The notes beneath the pieces were generated by a model. That model had not been told where the DNA came from and did no database searches. It worked only from the letters and a program-made list of their open reading frames with translations. From an uncultured virus (IMG/VR IMGVR_UViG_3300008113_000015) (lineage: Duplodnaviria; Heunggongvirae; Uroviricota; Caudoviricetes), in IMG/VR virus record IMGVR_UViG_3300008113_000015, positions 62,001 to 126,000 of that record: 64,000 nucleotides of DNA; one strand, given 5' to 3'. The position numbers and the translations under genes are program-made. Shown piece after piece: positions 19,236-28,557 of the stretch. Numbering within the stretch: the first letter of the stretch is position 1; the number at the start of each line of letters is the position of its first letter.

Positions 19236-20819
19236 TTAGCGCATCATAGCAATGAATGGCATAGGTTCAATGATGTTGTCCCCATGATCTTTAAGGTGTG
19301 AATCCAGCTCTTGATGATAGGTCTGCAACAGCATCAGCATACGAGTGGCCAGCAGTGTACCCATTACCAAATCGTCTGTTTCGCCAGGTTTGGCTGCATA
19401 GCTGTTGCCTAGAGCCACAAAGTTTTTGAGTTCGCTGATCAAGGGTTTGCTGTACAGTTTCATGCGCCCTGACTCCACGAGAATTTTAAACTTGTTGCAG
19501 GCCACAATCTTGCTTTTGTTTGTGGTGGTGAATCCCTTGCGGATTCTACGGCCGTTTTGGCCTTGCACACTGTTGTCACTGAGAAAATAACCAGGAATGT
19601 TTTCTTCGCCGTATTCGTTGATGGAGATCAAGGCTGCTTCGCCCAGGGTGTTGTTTTCCACACTGTAGTAGATTTTTTTGTCGTCTCGTACCACTGCATG
19701 CAGTTCTTTCACAATGTCTACCATGATCTTGATCTGTGTGGGCACATCTGTTTTGTTGTGTCGCCATTCAGCCACTTGTTCCGTGGTATCTGCTTCAAAC
19801 ACCTGTATGGCAGCAGGATCGCCGCCGGTGCCCAGGCTAGGGTCCAGGGCCACAATGTATATCTTGTCTGCTTGTATGGGACGATACCAGCGCACCTGTC
19901 CAGTTTTGCTTGTGGGTTCTACGCCTTCAAGATCCAGCAGTTTCAAGGGCGAAATCAAGGTCTCATCGTTGATAACGAATTCGCAGTCCATTTCTCGACG
20001 GAATCGTTCTTCTCCTAGTTGTGCCCGTTGTTCTTCGGCCCAGGTGTCATCACGATCTGGATGTTCTCGCCAGAATGCACGGAATGCACGGAATCCATTG
20101 ATGCCCAAGCCGTTGGGTCTAGGGTTACCGTACTCGTCTTCAATTTTGTTGGCGCCTTTCCAGATCAGGGCAAACTGATCTTCGTCTGAGTTGGGGGTGC
20201 TAGTAATAATAGCTTTACCACCTGTGCTGAGTGTGGGTGTGATAGAAGTCCAGAACTCTTTGGCAATGGTGGGTCGCACGAACGCAAATTCGTCTAGATA
20301 CAGCAAGGTAATCGACATACCTCGACCAGTGTTTTCAGTAGTAGTCTGACTTACAATACGTGATCCGTTGTCAAACTCCAGACTACCTTTGTTGTAGCTG
20401 GTAGCACCTGCACGGATATGATTGGGGCACAACTCATAAGCATATCTTATACGTTGCATAATTTCCTGTGCGCCTAGGTACTTGTGTGCTGCCACAAGAA
20501 TAGTAGCGTCGGGTACAAACATAGCATACCACAACAGGTAGCCGGCTGCTGATGTTGACTTACCGGTTTGTCGCGGCATCAGGGAAATTGAGAACCTGCT
20601 GTTGTGATAGTTTTCAATCAGTCGCTTTTGGTATTCAAACGACTGGTACAGCATCTTGCCACGTGTGGGGTGCTGAATGTAAAAAAAGTGATCCATGAAG
20701 TACATGGGCCCAGTCACAGGGTCAGCACACTTCATGAATTCTTCAATTTCTTGTTGAGTATATGTTTCTCTACGATGCGGTGCTTTTACCAGTACTGTAT
20801 CTAATCCAGGTTTTAACAT
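19236..20819 (-). CDS. terL: Terminase large subunit (T4 gp17-like)
   Basis: PRQTGKS (Walker A), LYLDEFAF (Walker B), STPN, FRRE..CEF, LDPSLGTG and DDLVM motifs; no intein or intron evident. Confidence 0.95.
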   Translation of the reverse strand: MLKPGLDTVLVKAPHRRETYTQQEIEEFMKCADPVTGPMYFMDHFFYIQHPTRGKMLYQSFEYQKRLIENYHNSRFSISLMPRQTGKSTSAAGYLLWYAMFVPDATILVAAHKYLGAQEIMQRIRYAYELCPNHIRAGATSYNKGSLEFDNGSRIVSQTTTENTGRGMSITLLYLDEFAFVRPTIAKEFWTSITPTLSTGGKAIITSTPNSDEDQFALIWKGANKIEDEYGNPRPNGLGINGFRAFRAFWREHPDRDDTWAEEQRAQLGEERFRREMDCEFVINDETLISPLKLLDLEGVEPTSKTGQVRWYRPIQADKIYIVALDPSLGTGGDPAAIQVFEADTTEQVAEWRHNKTDVPTQIKIMVDIVKELHAVVRDDKKIYYSVENNTLGEAALISINEYGEENIPGYFLSDNSVQGQNGRRIRKGFTTTNKSKIVACNKFKILVESGRMKLYSKPLISELKNFVALGNSYAAKPGETDDLVMGTLLATRMLMLLQTYHQELDSHLKDHGDNIIEPMPFIAMMR

Positions 20820-21553
20820 AATTTTTCTACATCCTTTGCAACTACCTGCGCAAATGCTCGATTATTTAACCTACCTGGATGCAATAAGTCACGACCTAAA
20901 TCTATCTGCTTTTCGTCCCTAATCAGTGTACAATAAGCATCAGGTGCATATACAATCAAAGGAATATTGTGTTGTAAACAAATGCTGCGAATTGCTTCAC
21001 GATTTTTTTCTGCGGCCAAGTTTAAATTTTCTTCATTTAGCAACAATTCTTTAATGTAAGTACCGGACCAATTTTTGTAATCGTATGCCCAATTTAACAC
21101 TAAGGGAGCATGAGATTGCGACGAAATTATTTCTGTTCTATTGTATCTAGGCTCAAGGTACACTACAAACTTAGGTAATAGCTTTGGCACGTAATGTTTT
21201 GCAACTCTAAAACAAGTGTCCCCGGCGGCACCAGCAATTCCAAGGTTCCAACAATGCAATTTAATTTCTTGTGAAACAGCAGTAGTCCATCTGTCTTGTA
21301 CGTTAACTCCGGTTCCTTGTGTAAAACTGCAACCAATGGCCATCCAATTTGATCTAGAATCAAACTCGTCAACTCTAAACCCTTCACTGTTAAACGTATA
21401 CTCAATGTCAACGTCAACCCAGCCAAATAGATTCAACAGTCGCGCATGTTCTGTGTTGGCCAAGTGTTTGTTGTAGGCTTCTTCGGAGTCAGGACTCAAC
21501 CACTTGATTGTTGTACCTGCATGTTTGCTCCATTGATGTAGTGGCGCTGTCAT
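20813..21553 (-). CDS. SGNH/GDSL-hydrolase-like protein
   Basis: NSEGFR, IGCSFTQG, NLGIAG and DLLHPG (DxxH) motifs; AT-rich. Confidence 0.6.
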   Translation of the reverse strand: MTAPLHQWSKHAGTTIKWLSPDSEEAYNKHLANTEHARLLNLFGWVDVDIEYTFNSEGFRVDEFDSRSNWMAIGCSFTQGTGVNVQDRWTTAVSQEIKLHCWNLGIAGAAGDTCFRVAKHYVPKLLPKFVVYLEPRYNRTEIISSQSHAPLVLNWAYDYKNWSGTYIKELLLNEENLNLAAEKNREAIRSICLQHNIPLIVYAPDAYCTLIRDEKQIDLGRDLLHPGRLNNRAFAQVVAKDVEKLC

Positions 21554-22689
21554 TTTATCAAACTCGCAAACTCAGGCCACAGTTTCTCAAACTGCCCAGC
21601 TTGATCAGGGTGGTATTGAGTTTCAATCTCTTGGATATGCTTGGCCAACTTGCGAGCCACGGCAGGCTTTGATTCTGTCACTGCTTGATAGTTACGCAAT
21701 GCCTGGTCAAGGAAGCCACGGTCAGCAGGTGTAGCAAGTCCTGAAGCATAAAAGCGTTCAATTTCTTCAGCAGCCGGCTTGGCGACTTCTGGCCCATGCA
21801 AGAACGGATCAAGATAGTCTGGTTGAAACAAGTTCTGCCATAACACACTCACACCCTGATCTGCTGCAAACTGTCTAAACTCTGTGATCCTTGTAGCATT
21901 GTAGATGTTGTACACTGCATGAATGCCGCCCCAGTGCCCTTGTTTGAACAAGTCTTTGACAATAGCAAGGTTATGTAACACTTGGTCCCACTTACCGCCA
22001 TAACGCACATATTCAAAACGATCACCTGTGTTGTCAAAGCTCATTGACCAGCCAACTTTCTTGCGCTGTGCTAGCTTGCGGAAAATTTTATTTTTCTCAA
22101 GATCCACGTTCATGTTGGTAATCAGTGTGACTGTGCAATCTTCAGGGATAACATCCAACAAGCGTTCGTTCTCAGGAAGCAACAATGGCTCGCCACCAAC
22201 AAGTGCAACGTCTCGAATGTGTGCTTTATGCTCTTCCAAGAAGTCACACACCTGTTCATAGTAGGGACGACTACCAGACTTGAATGGAATGCCTTTGAGT
22301 GCAGACCATTTGGAGCTTGCCCACTCTGAACAATAGTTACAGCTTAGGTTACAGGTGGTATTCCAGCGCACGTCTACAATTACAGGATAGTGATAGTGTT
22401 CACCAGCTGTGGCATAGTCAAAGTTGGGATTGGTATCGTTGTGCCACTTGCGTTCAGAGTCTGCACCAAAACGTTCGGCCTGTACACAGTTACTACAGTA
22501 CTTGTGTGCTCGCCCTTGCGACATTTCACTGCGTATTTGTTTCAGGAGATCCGAGTCCAAGATCTCTGTAATAGTGTGATCATTGAGGTTGCCCAGCATG
22601 TTGGGGTCACCTGCACAACAGGTTTTGACATCGCCACGTGGATTGATATGCAGCCCACGCCAAGGGGCTGCGCAAAAGAAATTGGTCAT
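21550..22689 (-). CDS. Radical SAM enzyme with N-terminal SPASM/Twitch-like domain
   Basis: CNLSCNYC and VGGEP; N-terminal CAAPW...GDVKTCC...LGN...CSNC. Confidence 0.9.
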   Translation of the reverse strand: MTNFFCAAPWRGLHINPRGDVKTCCAGDPNMLGNLNDHTITEILDSDLLKQIRSEMSQGRAHKYCSNCVQAERFGADSERKWHNDTNPNFDYATAGEHYHYPVIVDVRWNTTCNLSCNYCSEWASSKWSALKGIPFKSGSRPYYEQVCDFLEEHKAHIRDVALVGGEPLLLPENERLLDVIPEDCTVTLITNMNVDLEKNKIFRKLAQRKKVGWSMSFDNTGDRFEYVRYGGKWDQVLHNLAIVKDLFKQGHWGGIHAVYNIYNATRITEFRQFAADQGVSVLWQNLFQPDYLDPFLHGPEVAKPAAEEIERFYASGLATPADRGFLDQALRNYQAVTESKPAVARKLAKHIQEIETQYHPDQAGQFEKLWPEFASLIK

Positions 22690-22707
22690 CCCGTATTTAC
22701 GGGCAGG

Positions 22708-23145
22708 TCATTGGCACCAAGATGTTTTGGCTTCGCCGTAATACTCACGGGCGAATCCGTTGGCAATCAGCATGCCACGCAGGCTTTGGCCATTCAGTAG
22801 CACATCGCCCAGCACACGGCCGCCATACTTGTCCCAGTCCATGAGCACAATTTGACGCTTTTGTGAGTTGGCAACGGCTTGTTTGGTAAATGCTGAGGCT
22901 GCTTCGCCACGTTGTGCTTCACTTGGGCACATTGCTCTATGTCCTTTTTCAGGAGTGTCTACACCAAACACACGAATGCTGAGTTCAGATTTGAGTGGTG
23001 CTGGCAGCCAAGTGGCTTGAATACCTACTGTGTCTCCATCAATCACTCGTGTGATCACAGCGTCATAAACAACACCAGGTTTTTGTTTGGGTTGTGCTAG
23101 TACTAGACAAGGCACTAAGAGTAAGAGTGTTAAGAGTTTTTTCAT
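22708..23145 (-). CDS. Thermonuclease (staphylococcal-nuclease-like) with signal peptide
   Basis: VIDGDT, IRVFGVDTPE and DKYGGRVLG motifs; N-terminus MKKLLTLLLLVPCLVLA. Confidence 0.9.
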   Translation of the reverse strand: MKKLLTLLLLVPCLVLAQPKQKPGVVYDAVITRVIDGDTVGIQATWLPAPLKSELSIRVFGVDTPEKGHRAMCPSEAQRGEAASAFTKQAVANSQKRQIVLMDWDKYGGRVLGDVLLNGQSLRGMLIANGFAREYYGEAKTSWCQ

Positions 23146-23157
23146 TTTGTTTTCTTG

Positions 23158-24750
23158 TTAGTTTGTGAGTTCTTGCCAACCAAATTTGTATAGTACATCA
23201 CCGTTGGTTTGAGTATAGGCCACGCACAGTGTAAGGCTTTCAGGATTGCCGTTGACATCGCGTGCCAACTGCAAACGTTTGGCTACATCTTCACCAATAT
23301 TGACTTCATCCCTGGAACTGCTGAGTCCTTGATACACCACTGTGCCATCTGTGATTACGTTGCTGGTTTTCACTGTTTGAACCACAGAGTTTGGCACATT
23401 GCTCCAGGTCACATTACCAATGTTGGCACCTTGTACCAATTGGAACTCGCCATATCTCACATCCAACAACAAGAGGCCAATTTGACTGGGCAGCACCACA
23501 GCATCAGGATAGGCAGGATTGAGCCTGATGCTGGCCAAAGCCACAAGTGTGTTGGCTGAAGATATTCTAGTTATACTGGTATTGTTGGTCACATACTGGA
23601 CCTTGGTGCTGGGACTAAACCCACCTTCACTGATCACAGTTGAGCAGATCTGCTTCATGGTTCTTGAACCAGCGGTGTTGGCAGTGTTGGTTATTTCGTA
23701 TCTGGGATTCAGCGTGGCCGAAGTCATGTACACTGTGGTATTACCAGCTTGGTTAGCATGCTGGAATCGATGACACACAATAAATTCGCCATTGATGACA
23801 AATCCTGCTCGCACGTTGCCCACACCCAACCACTCAATGTCACACCAGAATATTTGTGTGAGTTCAGGGTTGAGGTTGATGCCAGATGGGTTGGGGGCGG
23901 CACCTGTTTTCAATGTGTCGCCGTTCCAGGCTGTTTGTGCTATGCGTTCTTCTACCACAACACCAGTGGTGCTGCTGCGGATGACCAAGTAAAGATCTTC
24001 GCCATCTGCTTCAAAATACACACCATTCTTGTCTGTGAAATAGCCCACACGCTGGCGACAACCCACAGCACGATCAGCAAAACAAAACGAACCCATGAAC
24101 AACAGGCTCTTGCCCGGCTGATAGGCCTGTGTAAATCTTGCTTGTGTGATCACACTTGAACCATTGGCAGCAGTCACTGCCATGTTGTGTGAGCTTTCAT
24201 TGGCTACATAAGTGTAAGTGCCGCCAGTGGCCGTGACATTGCTGAACTGCCCACCATTGATGTACATGTTCTGGCTATCAAACAAGGTGTAGGGTTCGCT
24301 TACACGCATGCGACCAAACGCATCAAGATTGGTTCCAGTGATTATGGCGTTGACATTTCCACCAGTGATATTGGCGTTGACATTACCATCCACTGTGATT
24401 GATCCGCCACCATCTACCACTGTGACATTGGCTGTGATTCCAGCAAGATTGCCACTGAGAGTAGAAACCACGTTGCCAGTAACTGCGGCGTTGACATTGC
24501 CTGTGACTACCCAAGGACTAGTGCCTTGGTACACTGTGACATTGCCAGATTCTACAGTGACTGGCATGGTGTTGCCTGTAAGATCAATATTTCCTATTGA
24601 TCCAATAGCAACGTTGCCTACCGACACGTTGCCAATAATGGCTGCATTTGTTCTGATAAAAACATTGCCAGTCGCTTCGTCAAGCTCCAGGGCTTGATTG
24701 ATATTCCGTAGATACCACGGTGCTACTTGAGTTGGGTCTGGGATTGCCAT
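23158..24750 (-). CDS. Virion structural protein, beta-sandwich/lectin-like domain after a short GN-rich stalk
   Basis: DAFGRMRVSEP, YQPGKS and EWLGVG motifs; paralogous to 42087-46052. Confidence 0.6.
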   Translation of the reverse strand: MAIPDPTQVAPWYLRNINQALELDEATGNVFIRTNAAIIGNVSVGNVAIGSIGNIDLTGNTMPVTVESGNVTVYQGTSPWVVTGNVNAAVTGNVVSTLSGNLAGITANVTVVDGGGSITVDGNVNANITGGNVNAIITGTNLDAFGRMRVSEPYTLFDSQNMYINGGQFSNVTATGGTYTYVANESSHNMAVTAANGSSVITQARFTQAYQPGKSLLFMGSFCFADRAVGCRQRVGYFTDKNGVYFEADGEDLYLVIRSSTTGVVVEERIAQTAWNGDTLKTGAAPNPSGINLNPELTQIFWCDIEWLGVGNVRAGFVINGEFIVCHRFQHANQAGNTTVYMTSATLNPRYEITNTANTAGSRTMKQICSTVISEGGFSPSTKVQYVTNNTSITRISSANTLVALASIRLNPAYPDAVVLPSQIGLLLLDVRYGEFQLVQGANIGNVTWSNVPNSVVQTVKTSNVITDGTVVYQGLSSSRDEVNIGEDVAKRLQLARDVNGNPESLTLCVAYTQTNGDVLYKFGWQELTN

Positions 24751-25133
24751 TATTTGTATCCTTTAAAGCTGTTTAAAGGACTTTTAGTTGCCACGAAGTT
24801 GGGTTCTTCACTGGCTGCTGTGCTCACTGGCTTTTTGCCGCCAGGCGTCTTGGTCATTTTTAATGCGGCATCAATCACAGGATCAACATTGTTGTTGAAA
24901 CCCACAATCACAGCATGTTCGCCAAAGGCAGTTTCTGCTGACCACTCTGGGCGAAATTCATTCACATCGTCTGCTGCTTGATCGCTTCTGGCACGAGCCA
25001 TTGCAACACCAAAACGATAGTTTTTATACGGGTCTGACGCACTCAGCCCGGGAAGCACAAATGTGTTCTTCATGGGTTCTTTGGTTTCTGGGGGCAAGTC
25101 AGCCTGCTCAGTGACGAATTCACGTGCTCGCAT
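24750..25133 (-). CDS. Putative internal head protein
   Basis: N-terminus MRAREFVTE; paralogue of the neighbouring gene (YR.GVAMA.A, C-terminal SP...FKGY). Confidence 0.6.
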   Translation of the reverse strand: MRAREFVTEQADLPPETKEPMKNTFVLPGLSASDPYKNYRFGVAMARARSDQAADDVNEFRPEWSAETAFGEHAVIVGFNNNVDPVIDAALKMTKTPGGKKPVSTAASEEPNFVATKSPLNSFKGYK

Positions 25134-25498
25134 CAGTAGCCTTTGAAGCCTTGCACGGGGCTTTGAGTGTTGGTACTAGCTAGTTCTTCACTGTCAAGGT
25201 CGCCTGAATTTAGGTCGGTATATTCAGCACCAGCTGCTTTGAATGCCTGTTTCAGCATGTCGTGTTCAACTCTGGTGTATGGATAGGCACCACGTTTTTT
25301 TCCTATCCAACTTTTTTCATCCATATCCAGTATATCGCCTGATCCGTCAGCCATGGCCACTGCCATCATCACACGATTCAGAGTGTAGTCACTGTTGGCA
25401 CGTTCGCCGTCACTGAACAGGGTCAACCCTACAGTGGCAGCTTGACGACGTTTTCCAATCTTGCCGTCTCGCTCAGTGATAAACTCTTGTGCTCGCAT
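25133..25498 (-). CDS. Putative internal head protein
   Basis: N-terminus MRAQEFITE; LNRVMMAVAMA; C-terminal SPVQGFKGY. Confidence 0.6.
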   Translation of the reverse strand: MRAQEFITERDGKIGKRRQAATVGLTLFSDGERANSDYTLNRVMMAVAMADGSGDILDMDEKSWIGKKRGAYPYTRVEHDMLKQAFKAAGAEYTDLNSGDLDSEELASTNTQSPVQGFKGY

Positions 25499-25788
25499 TA
25501 GCTGCCTGCGCCGATCACACCTGCTGTAGCAGAGCTTGCTGTGCCCAGTTCTAGTGCAGTAAAAGGTGTTCCAGTCACAGTGACTCGATTGCCTGCGCCA
25601 GCATACACTTCAAACACAGTGTTTGCAGGTATGGCGATTGGTGCACTATAAATGTTGCCTGCTGCCGCAGCACTACCCAGCGACACTGCAAACGACTGAT
25701 AAGTTACAGCATTGGCTGCTGTGGAAATTTGCAGCTTGTCAGTGTAGACCACAGCATTGGCCAAACTGGTGTATACATTGGCTGGCAT
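25498..25788 (-). CDS. Hypothetical virion protein
   Basis: 96 aa, TAATG-coupled on both sides. Confidence 0.7.
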   Translation of the reverse strand: MPANVYTSLANAVVYTDKLQISTAANAVTYQSFAVSLGSAAAAGNIYSAPIAIPANTVFEVYAGAGNRVTVTGTPFTALELGTASSATAGVIGAGS

Positions 25789-25958
25789 TATTTGGCATCC
25801 TTGTTGGGTTGTGACACCACAGGTTGGTACAACTCACGAGTTTGGTACAGCACGCCTGGTATTTCCACAGGTGTTTGACGTCCTGTTTGTGGTGCTGGAG
25901 CATGTGGATTCAACACTGGCACAGTGGTCAATACTGATTCTTTAAGAATTTTACTCAT
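25788..25958 (-). CDS. Hypothetical small protein (56 aa)
   Basis: Not in the ORF track. MSKILKESVLTTVPVLNPHAPAPQTGRQTPVEIPGVLYQTRELYQPVVSQPNKDAK fills the gap exactly, with SD AAGGA and TAATG coupling. Confidence 0.75.
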   Translation of the reverse strand: MSKILKESVLTTVPVLNPHAPAPQTGRQTPVEIPGVLYQTRELYQPVVSQPNKDAK

Positions 25959-25962
25959 GATA

Positions 25963-27924
25963 TTATCCTTTGTATGCTCGCCATTGGTTAGTTAAACCAA
26001 AAATGCTTTCTTGAACTTTTTCCATGTCACCATCACCGTCGAGGTCAGCTTCTTTTTTACCAGCAGCACGGGCCTTGGCTAAGTTACCAGTAAACTTGTT
26101 GCCTTCTTCTACATCATCTTCGTCGACTTTTTTGGCTTCTTTGATTCCGGCCATTTCCATCATGCGTTTGATAGCATCTTCTTCGGCTTCAGCATAGCTG
26201 TGTTGACGATCATCTTGACTGGCCAACACAGGAACTGTGCTTTGTCCTGTTGACTTGGGGCCATTCAAGCCGCCACTGTATTCTAATGCATTGCCTTCTT
26301 CAGTGTTGGTAGGATAGTCAGGTTGATTCATATCAACTTCGTCTACTTTTTCGTCGCTGCAACCGCAGCCTGGTTGACCGCAACCGCAGGCTGACTTATA
26401 GCCACCGCCACCATAGCCTTCGCTGTCGTTGCCGCCAAGACCTGCATTTTTCAACAGTTCTGCTAACTTGACTGCATCATCGTCACTGGCAGTAATGGTC
26501 AAACTTTTACCGCCTTCGGTGCTGTTGCTCATGTTAATACTCATGCTTTCGTTGAGCGTAGCGTCAAGGCGACTCATGCTTTCAGCAATCATTTCTTCAA
26601 GATCGCGGTTCATGCTGTCATAGATGCCTTTGCCATAGCTGAAACCACTGCTTGCGGTAGGTGTACCCGAGCCGCCGGCTTCTTCAGTTTTTTCTTTCTT
26701 CTTGGGAGCCTTCTCAGGCAAGCCTTTGTGCTTGGTAGCAGCAAAGTCTTCTGCGTCTTTCTTGCCCATGCTCTTGGCAACTTTAGCAACTTCTTTGCTC
26801 GGGGCTTTTTCGCCCTTTTGCGTTGCATGGACCATGCCCATGAACTTTTGTTGCTTTTTGCTTACAGCTTTTTCGTCAAGCTCTTCTTCTCTAACTTGTG
26901 CGTCACCTGATTGTTGATTTTTAATCAGGGTCATTGCTGCATACAACACAGACTCTAACCGGCTAGCAAAACCTTGTGGGAATTCGCCGCCGCGCTGTGC
27001 TTGCTTTGCCGCTGCACGAATATCAGCAAGGTCGTCATAAATTTGTTGTGCTTGACCATGATCAGCACCTTCTTTGGCCATTTTACGACCACCTTTGTGC
27101 TTGGTAGCCTTGGCTGTTACACGCTCAGGAGCCTTGGGTGCGCCTTTGGGACGTCCACGACCGCGTTTCTCTAACTTGTTGCCTTCGTCATCGGTTTCAC
27201 TTCCAACGCTCATGCCTTGATCGTCTACTCGTCGTGTGACTTTGCGACCTGTAGCGGTGTGTTCAATATCGTGCTTGTGACCTCGCTCGACACTGCCAAC
27301 TTTTGGTTTGTCAGCACGTGGTTTTTTCCAGGACGTGAATGGATTGTTATCATCGTCTTCGCTGGCAACAACTTGTTTCTTGCCACCTAATGCTTGCTTC
27401 ATTGCTTCAGCGGCCACGTCGCCTAGCATTTCGTCAACTTCTTTTTTGGCACCGGCAATCTTGTCAGCAAAAGTGATCTTGTCTCGGGGCTCAGCCAGTG
27501 CAGCAAAGCTCTTGGCTTTCTCTGGGCTCATCTTTTCTTTGAGTGGGTGCTGTTGTCCTAGACGTTGTTGAGCACGTTTCAGGCCTTCGGGACTGGTAGG
27601 ACTCTGTGTGCGTTCTTTTTCAAGATCTTGTAAGGTCATTTTGTTACCAGGACGCTTCACAGCAGGGATCTGACTCTTGTCTGGACCTGCTTGATAAGCA
27701 CCTTCGTCTACTTCGTTATCATACTTGTCGTACTTTTTACGCACAGGGTCCAAGGCCTTGCCTTCACGCCCGGCCTTGGCCAAGGCCTCCATGCCTTCTT
27801 TACCGTACTTTTCGTAGCCCTTGGCAGCACGGCTCATGTCACGCTCATTGAGTTGACCATGTGTAACACTGGGCAAATCGCGAATGGCGTTTAGTTTGTT
27901 GTTTAAGTTGTAAAAGAAACTCAT
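25963..27924 (-). CDS. Large charged putative internal/core head protein with AT-hook and DUF3008-like segment
   Basis: KRGRGRPKG; KAVSKKQQKFMG...FAATKHKGLPEK; DLDGDGD; many [LIV]xE sites. Confidence 0.6.
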   Translation of the reverse strand: MSFFYNLNNKLNAIRDLPSVTHGQLNERDMSRAAKGYEKYGKEGMEALAKAGREGKALDPVRKKYDKYDNEVDEGAYQAGPDKSQIPAVKRPGNKMTLQDLEKERTQSPTSPEGLKRAQQRLGQQHPLKEKMSPEKAKSFAALAEPRDKITFADKIAGAKKEVDEMLGDVAAEAMKQALGGKKQVVASEDDDNNPFTSWKKPRADKPKVGSVERGHKHDIEHTATGRKVTRRVDDQGMSVGSETDDEGNKLEKRGRGRPKGAPKAPERVTAKATKHKGGRKMAKEGADHGQAQQIYDDLADIRAAAKQAQRGGEFPQGFASRLESVLYAAMTLIKNQQSGDAQVREEELDEKAVSKKQQKFMGMVHATQKGEKAPSKEVAKVAKSMGKKDAEDFAATKHKGLPEKAPKKKEKTEEAGGSGTPTASSGFSYGKGIYDSMNRDLEEMIAESMSRLDATLNESMSINMSNSTEGGKSLTITASDDDAVKLAELLKNAGLGGNDSEGYGGGGYKSACGCGQPGCGCSDEKVDEVDMNQPDYPTNTEEGNALEYSGGLNGPKSTGQSTVPVLASQDDRQHSYAEAEEDAIKRMMEMAGIKEAKKVDEDDVEEGNKFTGNLAKARAAGKKEADLDGDGDMEKVQESIFGLTNQWRAYKG

Positions 27925-27928
27925 TGTA

Positions 27929-28537
27929 TTATCCTCTTGGGTTTGCGCCAGTTGCTGGCTTGGGTGAACGTTTGATGTTGGTCATAGGGCTCTTTACACC
28001 CTGTGGCAACTCATTGGTGGTCTTAGCTGGAGGAGTTTTTCCGCCAGCAATGGTAAACTTGGTGCGATATGCATTTTTCAGCACAGCATGGTCATATGGG
28101 CCAGTTGCATAGTCTTTCTTGAGAGCACGCTGAACTGCGTCATCTTTGGGATATTCAGGATCGTCTAGCAGATTTTTGTTCTGATCCACAATCTTCTTGT
28201 TTTCGTCGTCGAGGCTTTGTTCATAGGCATCGGTGTTCATCACAATACGATTGGGATCCATGCCCAGCAACTGTGCCAACTGCTTGATCTGCGGCTCGAT
28301 AGCTGGATAGCGAAACTCCACATCCACAATGGTCAGCGGCTGATTGGGGAAGGCCGGGAAGTCTGGAATGTTTTTACGCACAGGTGTAGTCTTGGGCGAG
28401 CCCATCTTGGCTACATCAAACTGCGACATCTTTGACTCAAGGTCTTTGATAAAGCCTGCGGGCACGTCGCCAACTATCTTGATACGATATTGGTATGTGC
28501 GTTCACTTTCGGCCAGGTATTTTGCAAATGGTTTCAT
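27929..28537 (-). CDS. Putative head protein
   Basis: N-terminus MKPFAKYLAES; upstream TAAATA box and SD AGGA. Confidence 0.6.
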   Translation of the reverse strand: MKPFAKYLAESERTYQYRIKIVGDVPAGFIKDLESKMSQFDVAKMGSPKTTPVRKNIPDFPAFPNQPLTIVDVEFRYPAIEPQIKQLAQLLGMDPNRIVMNTDAYEQSLDDENKKIVDQNKNLLDDPEYPKDDAVQRALKKDYATGPYDHAVLKNAYRTKFTIAGGKTPPAKTTNELPQGVKSPMTNIKRSPKPATGANPRG

Positions 28538-28557
28538 GTCAGTGTCCTATTGTATAT

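Noticed and set aside
19236..20819. Intein or intron in terL (also checked uvsX)
   Set aside because: Motifs are contiguous and lengths are typical
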